NCBI GenBank assembly: GCA_937625935.1
Contig: OW569353.1
Span: 548,121 to 612,120 of the forward strand
Length of the DNA stretch: 64,000 nucleotides
Reading direction: 5' to 3'
From: Tetramitus jugosus
Taxonomy: Eukaryota; Protista; Heterolobosea
In this document: in pieces, positions 56,546 to 63,210 of the stretch
Position numbering within the stretch: the first letter of the stretch is position 1
How the letters are laid out: each line of letters starts with the position of its first letter
Position numbers and translations under genes: made by a program
Notes under the pieces: generated by a model
The model's input: only the letters and a program-made list of their open reading frames with translations
Databases searched by the model: none
What the model was told of the DNA's origin: nothing

Positions 56546-56873
56546 CACTCCACTATGGGGCGCGAGAGTGGCGAGTGAGATGTTGTTGTTGTTTGTTAGT
56601 TGTGGTATATTTACGTGCAACACAGGTATTCGGGCTGGTCGCAAATCTAGTGCGGTGCCTAAACATGAGCACTCTACACCACAACTTTATTATTTATACT
56701 AAAAGTGCAGGTCAACTTGGCTGCACAAAAGTCTTGAACCTTGGAAGATTGCAAATGCCCATTGGGCCGATAAAAATGGTCCGTAGGACCATTTTAATTG
56801 GCCGTTGGCGATTTGCACTGTAGTCGGAGCCGTACCCCGTACGGTTTATCCTGACTACGAATCTTATGGTTCA
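56546..56873 (-). ncRNA. Structured 3' UTR of the retroelement (four helical domains)
   Basis: Complementary pairs seen by eye: TGAACC/GGTTCA, AAGATT/AATCTT, AAAATGGTCC/GGACCATTTT, GTAGTC/GACTAC, CCGTAC/GTACGG, GTGCAG/CTGCAC, AGTTGTGGT/ACCACAACT, CACTC/GAGTG. Confidence 0.7.
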
Positions 56874-59800
56874 GTACCACTTGTAGTCCATGCTATCAAG
56901 TTTGCGTTTCTTGATGCGAGGTGCACTCTGCATTAACGTACAACCCTTTGTATCTCTCACTCTCTTAGATACAACGGTTGTATTCACGTTGCAAGAGTCC
57001 CATGTGGACTGTGAAGGAGTTGTTTTGTGTCGTTTGGCCATTGCCGCTTCGACAGCCTCCTTTTCCCTCAAGTACCTCTTATTTTGGGTCTTGGGTGGGT
57101 TTGGGCGCAGGTGCGTTGCTGACTTCGTCAGCATCACGCACCCGCGTGATGTTTTGCGAAGTCGCAATTGCAACTGGCGTCGAATTGTTGAATAACCACT
57201 TCCCCTTTCCGAAAATGATCGGATCAGTCGTTGTGCAGCAAATGAAGTACGCTGCCAACGTCGTTTGTGGTTACCAACAACAACGTCCATCAATGTTCTT
57301 GCCATTTTCTTCTTTTCTTCTTCGTTTGGCATTTGATCACATTGTTGCACCCAAGTGTTGAATTTGGTTTTGCATGCGTGCAGAACTTCCCTAATGTTGG
57401 GAAGTCTGACATTGCAAATGACCAATTCCTTTGGCAAGTCAATCTCATTGAAGAGAGAAATGGCATTTATCAATTGTCGATAATTGATGCCACTGCCAGA
57501 GTGTAACACTTTCCAAATTGGTGGAATTTTTGGTTTGTGTTGCAAGTCCAATTTTTGTTGGTACTTGATCACTCTGGCTTGCCAGTCAATTGATTTGCAG
57601 TATCGTTCAACGAGTGCAAAGTAATTGTTCTTTTTGAACATTCGTTGAACGAAATGGTGGTCATAACCTCTTCGGATTAACCGAGAGGCAAACAATGTTC
57701 GAATTGAATCGAATTGTTTGAAGTGATCAACAAGGCGAGCATATCTTACCAACTCACCTGTGATCAGACCTTTCCTTGCTGCAAATGAAGACGCTGACTT
57801 GTACATGGAGTACATGTACTTGTTCAATGGCTTCTGGTAGACATTGAAGTGAAAGCGCCATAATGGAACTGCAAAGTTCTCATAATACTTTTCCAATTGG
57901 ATGTGCAAATCCAGGAAAACATTATTGTCTGCTTTGCAGAGTTTCAAATCCGAACCATTGTACATGTTGACAATGGTAGGTATGCACTCTTTTGTGCAAG
58001 CAATGAACAAATCGTCAATGTACCTCACTGCAATGCAGTGGGATCTGTTGACTTTGGTCAAGTGTTGCAACTCATAAGCAAGTAGCACAAGGTTGGCTAA
58101 TTCAGGCGCACAATTTGTGCCCATTGGAAGGCCAATTACTTGTTTAAAAATGCTATTGTTGAGTTCCTCACATCTAATGTATGTGCAGGTTAACACAAAA
58201 TGCAATAACAATTTCATTGCACCAATTTCTTGACTTGTCCAAGTGTTTGGTTCAAGTTGTTGCATCATTTCAAAGATGTACTCCATATTTGTTTTGATGA
58301 CGTCATGTCTCAAATTGGTGTACAATGCAGTGAAATCATAGCTGTAGGTTTGCAGCTTTGGATGTACTGTGAATTCCCACGTTGCTCCATTCTGCAAGCA
58401 CCATTTGTTGAGAACCAGTTTCGCTTCATATGAAGATGAAACAATGGGCATTACTGGTAGTAAACCCTGGTCTCGTCTTTGCTGTAGTTGAGTGATCATT
58501 AGACGGAGTCTAATGCTGAGCAGTTTGGATGCTTCAGTGTTGACCCAACTATGGCTGGCGACAATTGGTCGACCTTGGAGTTTGTCTTTGTGCACTTTTG
58601 GCAACAAATAAAACTTGGGAATGGACAATTCATTGATATCCTCAATTTGTCTTGTTTTCCGTAGGTGTTCACCCATAGATGGGTGCAAATTTGAGATCTT
58701 ATCAATGCACCAGTGTGTGAGAATCTTGATTGTTGAGACTGTGTATCTTTTGTTCTCTCTTATGCTGTACACTGGGCTTTCAAGTTGTTTCTTACATTCT
58801 TCAATGTAATTGTCTTTGTGCCAGACAGCGGTGCCCAAGTTCTTGTCTGTGTCACAAATGATCCATTCTTCATTTGTGACGAGTCTCAATAGGGCCTCAT
58901 TGTCAATGCCGTTCAGGTTTTGAACAATTGGAGCATTGTGTCTTTTTCTCCATGCTTCTTGGATCAGAGCACGAGCCGACGAATGGAGGATGTCATTGCT
59001 GACGTCAAGTTTCTTTGTTAATTGCAAAAATGATGAAAAGTCAAGTTCTTGCATGATAAAAGGGTTAATTTTCATTGATGGAATGAACTTTAGGCCTTTG
59101 TTCAACACTTGTACATCTTTAGTCTTGATAGCAGTTGGTGTGAGGTTGAAAATGATGTTTGAACTTGCAGGAACATTGCTGTTGTGCGGTTCAATGGTTT
59201 CTCCCTCCAGCAAGCACTCTTGACGCGTGACGTTGTTTTTCTTCCTTGTTGTGCTGTTGGATGCTTGATATCTTGAAGAACCAGGCCGTGGGAGTTCATA
59301 ATGAAACTCCTTGTGTTTTGGTTCCTGTTGTATGCAGGAAACCATCCTTGTTCTGACAGGTGCGGAGTTTCTTGAAAAACTCCGATTGATCAAACAACCG
59401 TCCAAATGGTGATTTGGATGTCTCCTTGGCATCCTGGTGGATGGACAGCTCATGGATTGCTGATTTGGCTTGGAATCGGTGAAAAATTGGGCATGGATTC
59501 CCCTTTCTTTTGGACCGATTTTTTTCCTCTGCTCTTGGTGGGTTGGTTGGTTTTTTTTGGCTTGTGTTTTTTCCTGTTGTACTTTTTGACGGTCTTCCCT
59601 CATTGATAGAGACCTATTGAAGCTTTCTTTTGGAAAACTGACCACGCCATTGTGTTCCTTGAGGTCACTTGTAGGTGCATGGAGGTTTCTTTTGTTCATC
59701 AAGTGTGTGCTTGTGTTTATCAATTTTGACCTTCGTCCCTCATTCCACAGGGATGTAGGAGAAATATCTTTTGATGCTAATCGCACTGTTTTAGGTTCTA

Positions 59801-60569
59801 TCCATGTAGTACTTGATGATGTATCTGTTGTCTTTCTAGTAGATCCTCTAGTGCTTTGACTGTAGTCAATTTCTAGTTTTCTCCGATATGTTTGAGTCAA
59901 CAGCTCATTCAAAATAAATCGAAATTGCGTGTTCAATGCGCCATTAGATTCAGAAGGTACGAAAGCACCTAGAATGTGTGTAAATGGCATTAATGACTTC
60001 ATTCCTTGTGTGCTGTTTCGATTGGGAAATGAAAAACTCCGATCGAGAATACAACCAATGAGGAAGTTATTTTCATGATTTTTCTTGTCATTATTAGTTA
60101 TATACTGTTTAGTAGAACACCTTTCCAGTTGGAATGACGGTTTTACCTGATGTCCTTGATGGATGGTGATCCATGATAGATTTTTTTGAGTTCCAGGACT
60201 CAACCATTCATTCAAAACATGAATTTTCTTCATTTTGTTTTGAGTTTTCATTATATCATGGTGATAAGTATTGTTAACAGTGGAATAACGAGATTTGTCT
60301 TTGTAATTCCTATCTTTCATTTGTTCGTTAAAATGACAGTCAATTAAATGTCTCAGGCCAAAAAAAAGGTTTTTTTTGGGCCTAACATTTGTGTTCGAAT
60401 GAAATTTTTCAAGGGGATTTCTTTGCGCTTGTTGTAAGCGTTGCTCCTTCACCTTGGCAGACCTGTATTCAAATTGGTTCTGGAGACCAATAACCACCAC
60501 AGGTTGGTGGTGTTTGATGGGAACGAGATGGGAATAGTGGGCAATGGAGCAAATTTTGTCCCATTTCAC
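56871..60569 (-). CDS. Retroelement ORF2: Penelope-like reverse transcriptase (frame open up to 60692; no ATG at its 5' end)
   Basis: VLNKGLKFIP, DTDKNLG, PKFYLLPKVHK...RPIVAS, SYDFTALYTNL, QVIGLPMGTNCAPELANL, RYIDDLF, FLDLHI, VYQKP; basic C-terminus (PRIKKRKL). Confidence 0.92.
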   Translation of the reverse strand: MKWDKICSIAHYSHLVPIKHHQPVVVIGLQNQFEYRSAKVKEQRLQQAQRNPLEKFHSNTNVRPKKNLFFGLRHLIDCHFNEQMKDRNYKDKSRYSTVNNTYHHDIMKTQNKMKKIHVLNEWLSPGTQKNLSWITIHQGHQVKPSFQLERCSTKQYITNNDKKNHENNFLIGCILDRSFSFPNRNSTQGMKSLMPFTHILGAFVPSESNGALNTQFRFILNELLTQTYRRKLEIDYSQSTRGSTRKTTDTSSSTTWIEPKTVRLASKDISPTSLWNEGRRSKLINTSTHLMNKRNLHAPTSDLKEHNGVVSFPKESFNRSLSMREDRQKVQQEKTQAKKNQPTHQEQRKKIGPKERGIHAQFFTDSKPNQQSMSCPSTRMPRRHPNHHLDGCLINRSFSRNSAPVRTRMVSCIQQEPKHKEFHYELPRPGSSRYQASNSTTRKKNNVTRQECLLEGETIEPHNSNVPASSNIIFNLTPTAIKTKDVQVLNKGLKFIPSMKINPFIMQELDFSSFLQLTKKLDVSNDILHSSARALIQEAWRKRHNAPIVQNLNGIDNEALLRLVTNEEWIICDTDKNLGTAVWHKDNYIEECKKQLESPVYSIRENKRYTVSTIKILTHWCIDKISNLHPSMGEHLRKTRQIEDINELSIPKFYLLPKVHKDKLQGRPIVASHSWVNTEASKLLSIRLRLMITQLQQRRDQGLLPVMPIVSSSYEAKLVLNKWCLQNGATWEFTVHPKLQTYSYDFTALYTNLRHDVIKTNMEYIFEMMQQLEPNTWTSQEIGAMKLLLHFVLTCTYIRCEELNNSIFKQVIGLPMGTNCAPELANLVLLAYELQHLTKVNRSHCIAVRYIDDLFIACTKECIPTIVNMYNGSDLKLCKADNNVFLDLHIQLEKYYENFAVPLWRFHFNVYQKPLNKYMYSMYKSASSFAARKGLITGELVRYARLVDHFKQFDSIRTLFASRLIRRGYDHHFVQRMFKKNNYFALVERYCKSIDWQARVIKYQQKLDLQHKPKIPPIWKVLHSGSGINYRQLINAISLFNEIDLPKELVICNVRLPNIREVLHACKTKFNTWVQQCDQMPNEEEKKKMARTLMDVVVGNHKRRWQRTSFAAQRLIRSFSERGSGYSTIRRQLQLRLRKTSRGCVMLTKSATHLRPNPPKTQNKRYLREKEAVEAAMAKRHKTTPSQSTWDSCNVNTTVVSKRVRDTKGCTLMQSAPRIKKRKLDSMDYKWY

Positions 60570-60598
60570 CTTCTTCGTTCCTTTTTGTGTAGAATCAT

Positions 60599-61528
60599 TT
60601 AGTTCCTTTGTTTTGACCCTCGTCTTGACTTTCCTCGTGGTCTGCGAGGGGAGGATGGTTTGCGAGAGGGTTTTTGTTCTTTTTTTCGACCCCTACTGTT
60701 GCTAGGTGATCTTCTGGTCTTAGAGCGACCTCTTTTGGGAGATTTGGATCTCGGTTGGTTCTTTTGTTGTTTTCCTTTCGAAGGAGAACGACTATATGCT
60801 CTTTGGGTCTTTGAACGACCGCGAGATTTAGAACGATTTGAGCGAGCACGAGGTTTGGAATTGTCACGTCTTGGTCGTGATTTGGACCTTGCTCTTGATT
60901 GTTTACCAGCTTGAGCACTAATGCTGATTCTCCAATATGGAGCAGGTTTTGCTGGTACTTGGTTTTCTCCTTCATCGCTCATTGCGTTTTGTTGCTGTTG
61001 GAGAGCAATAATTCTTGTATGTTCTCTTTTTTCCTCTTGTCGTTTTTTGAGTCTTGTGTTCAATTTGTAAGACTGTACTTGAGTGTTCATCTTATTGATG
61101 TACTTGTCAACAGTGGTAACAAATGGACCTGTTCTATGCAATTGTAGTTCTTGTGTAGCTTCAGCAAGTGGTGCATCAGTATTTTTTGTCATTTGGTTCT
61201 TGCAATTGTTAATGAGGTCAGCGACATGTTCTTCAGCAGTCTTGATATATGCATTGGTCAATTGTGTAATGCTGTGATTGAATTTTTCAGACATTTCTTT
61301 ATCAGTAGAGACTGTGGCAGTGGAAGCAATGGTGAGCCATAAGTGTTCTAGCCTTCCTTGGAGGATGGCTGTCAGTTGCATGTTATTTTGCAAGTATTGT
61401 TGTTGCTTCTTCTCGGCAGTGATGGCTTTGCCAATGTTTGTCTTATACTTGTTGATGGCAGATGAGATAATCTTTTCCAGAATAGGATTATTCATTGCTA
61501 CAAGTGACTCTGCTGATGATTGACTCAT
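60599..61528 (-). CDS. Retroelement ORF1: helical/coiled-coil N-terminus plus Arg/Ser/Lys-rich basic tail (309 aa)
   Basis: First ATG at 61528; about 100-aa tail of RSKSR/RSPSK repeats; lies directly 5' of and overlaps the RT frame. Confidence 0.8.
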   Translation of the reverse strand: MSQSSAESLVAMNNPILEKIISSAINKYKTNIGKAITAEKKQQQYLQNNMQLTAILQGRLEHLWLTIASTATVSTDKEMSEKFNHSITQLTNAYIKTAEEHVADLINNCKNQMTKNTDAPLAEATQELQLHRTGPFVTTVDKYINKMNTQVQSYKLNTRLKKRQEEKREHTRIIALQQQQNAMSDEGENQVPAKPAPYWRISISAQAGKQSRARSKSRPRRDNSKPRARSNRSKSRGRSKTQRAYSRSPSKGKQQKNQPRSKSPKRGRSKTRRSPSNSRGRKKEQKPSRKPSSPRRPRGKSRRGSKQRN

Positions 61529-61574
61529 GGTTTGTGAGGAGTTAATGATATTAGTAATGTAAACCACTCAAATA

Positions 61575-62148
61575 GGTTTGGGTTCAAACACTCCACTATG
61601 GGGCGCGAGAGTGGCGAGTGAGATGTTGTTGTTGTTTGTTAGTTGTGGTATATTTACGTGCAACACAGGTATTCGGGCTGGTCGCAAATCTAGTGCGGTG
61701 CCTAAACATGAGCACTCTACACCACAACTTTATTATTTATACTAAAAGTGCAGGTCAACTTGGCTGCACAAAAGTCTTGAACCTTGGAAGATTGCAAATG
61801 CCCATTGGGCCGATAAAAATGGTCCGTAGGACCATTTTAATTGGCCGTTGGCGATTTGCACTGTAGTCGGAGCCGTACCCCGTACGGTTTATCCTGACTA
61901 CGAATCTTATGGTTCAGTACCACTTGTAGTCCATGCTATCAAGTTTGCGTTTCTTGATGCGAGGTGCACTCTGCATTAACGTACAACCCTTTGTATCTCT
62001 CACTCTCTTAGATACAACGGTTGTATTCACGTTGCAAGAGTCCCATGTGGACTGTGAAGGAGTTGTTTTGTGTCGTTTGGCCATTGCCGCTTCGACAGCC
62101 TCCTTTTCCCTCAAGTACCTCTTATTTTGGGTCTTGGGTGGGTTTGGG
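61575..62148 (-). mobile_element. 5'-truncated second copy of the element (pseudo-LTR), 574 bp, direct repeat of 56532-57105
   Basis: No mismatches seen by eye at a constant offset of 5,043 bp; includes the 3' UTR and the end of ORF2. Confidence 0.93.
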
Positions 62149-62220
62149 TTTGGGTTTGGGTTTGGGTTTGGGTTTGGGTTTGGGTTTGGGTTTGGGTTTG
62201 GGTTGGGTTTGGGTTTGGGG
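62140..62220 (+). repeat. Internal telomeric tract capping the truncated element copy
   Basis: About 13 GGGTTT units starting exactly where homology to the full copy ends. Confidence 0.93.
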
Positions 62221-63210
62221 ATACATCCTGGATTCCCCAACCTAAGGAAACGATTTCCTTATATGGTAATTTTTTTTTTGAGATTTTTTATTGCTCTAAG
62301 AGCTTCAGCTGGTTGAGACGAAGAGATTGGCATTGTTTTCAACTCGATTTGAGCTTTATCGGCTCGTAGAGCCGATATATCTGTGCTGTATTTGACATAT
62401 TTTTATCGGCAACAGTGTTAAAACTGCAACAGATTTCAGTCGATTTTGATCCTGTACTGGAGTTAAGACATTCGATTGAGACTTGATTTCTTTAGTTTGG
62501 ATCAGGATATTGAGACAGTATTTGATCATTTTTAACATGATTTTCTTCCAACTATAGTTTTTGCCTCAGTTTTTGAGTACCTGATTTTTCAGAATTTTTG
62601 ACAGACTTGATTTAGTGTTTTTCTGGAGAGAATAGACAGATTTTATTAAATAATCACTGTAGAATCAGATGTTTTATCTAGTAATGAGACTTTTCTACGT
62701 AAAATCCTGTAAGACAGTGAAATATTGAAGTTTCAAATTTGAATCGAGTTTATAGTTGAAACGCCAAACTCAACCCGTCAGAAATCCAGAGTACTAGCTT
62801 TTTCTGAATGAAAATTCATATTTATGAATGTGATAGACTGAGAGTCTTGGAAAAAATTCTTCTTCTGAGATAGATCGGCTCTGACCGAATGAGGGCTCGG
62901 ATTTTGTCGTTTTCGTGCATGCAGAGTTGAATACCCAGACCCAACCCGACATAACTGAAGAGAAAAAGGAATGATTACTCATAAAACGTATATTTACTCC
63001 CTAACTTGCCTCAAATTCTTCCAGATGTTGAGCATTGGACGAGAGAATTTCTGTTTTCGACAAAGAGTAAGGAGTGAATGTCAAGAGATGGATATAGAAA
63101 TGGACTGAGTGATTTGAACTTTCATTAATCTTGTTTGATCAGATTTTAGATGGCAGATCGATTCTATTTTGAATTTGGATGAAGTTTTTGATTTTTGAGA
63201 AGAAAGTTGA
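62221..63210. repeat. Subtelomeric ~1-kb unit, copy 3 (telomere-adjacent)
   Basis: Shares AAAACTGCAACAGA, TGTAGAAT.AGATGTTTT, GCAGAGTTGAATACCCAGACCCAACCC and the final ~300 bp with 55488-56522. Confidence 0.8.

Larger units (their letters stand above)
56532..61574 (-). mobile_element. Telomere-associated endonuclease-deficient Penelope-like retroelement (Athena/Coprina-like organisation), 5,043-bp unit
   Basis: Two ORFs, PLE-type RT, no recognisable GIY-YIG domain, 3' end joined to telomeric repeats, 5' end toward the telomere, partial tandem copy upstream. Confidence 0.9.

Noticed and set aside
56541-57170. Hammerhead ribozyme in the pseudo-LTR, as expected for many PLEs
   Set aside because: No CUGANGA...GAAA core with three flanking stems found by eye. 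The CTGACGA at 57125-57131 (minus) is part of a simple hairpin with no GAAA partner. A covariance search is still worthwhile.
56871-60569. Host telomerase reverse transcriptase gene
   Set aside because: No recognisable TERT T/CP/QFP motifs; GLPMG/YIDD/VYQKP and the repeat context fit a PLE
56532-62148. LTR retrotransposon (direct repeats flanking two ORFs)
   Set aside because: Repeats include ORF2 coding sequence and lack TG...CA ends, PBS/PPT and TSD. No protease, RNase H or integrase is present, and the RT motifs are PLE-type.
61914-62369. ORFs with PNPNPN, GFGFGF or WVWVWV repeats
   Set aside because: Translations of the internal telomeric tract fused to the duplicated ORF2 tail
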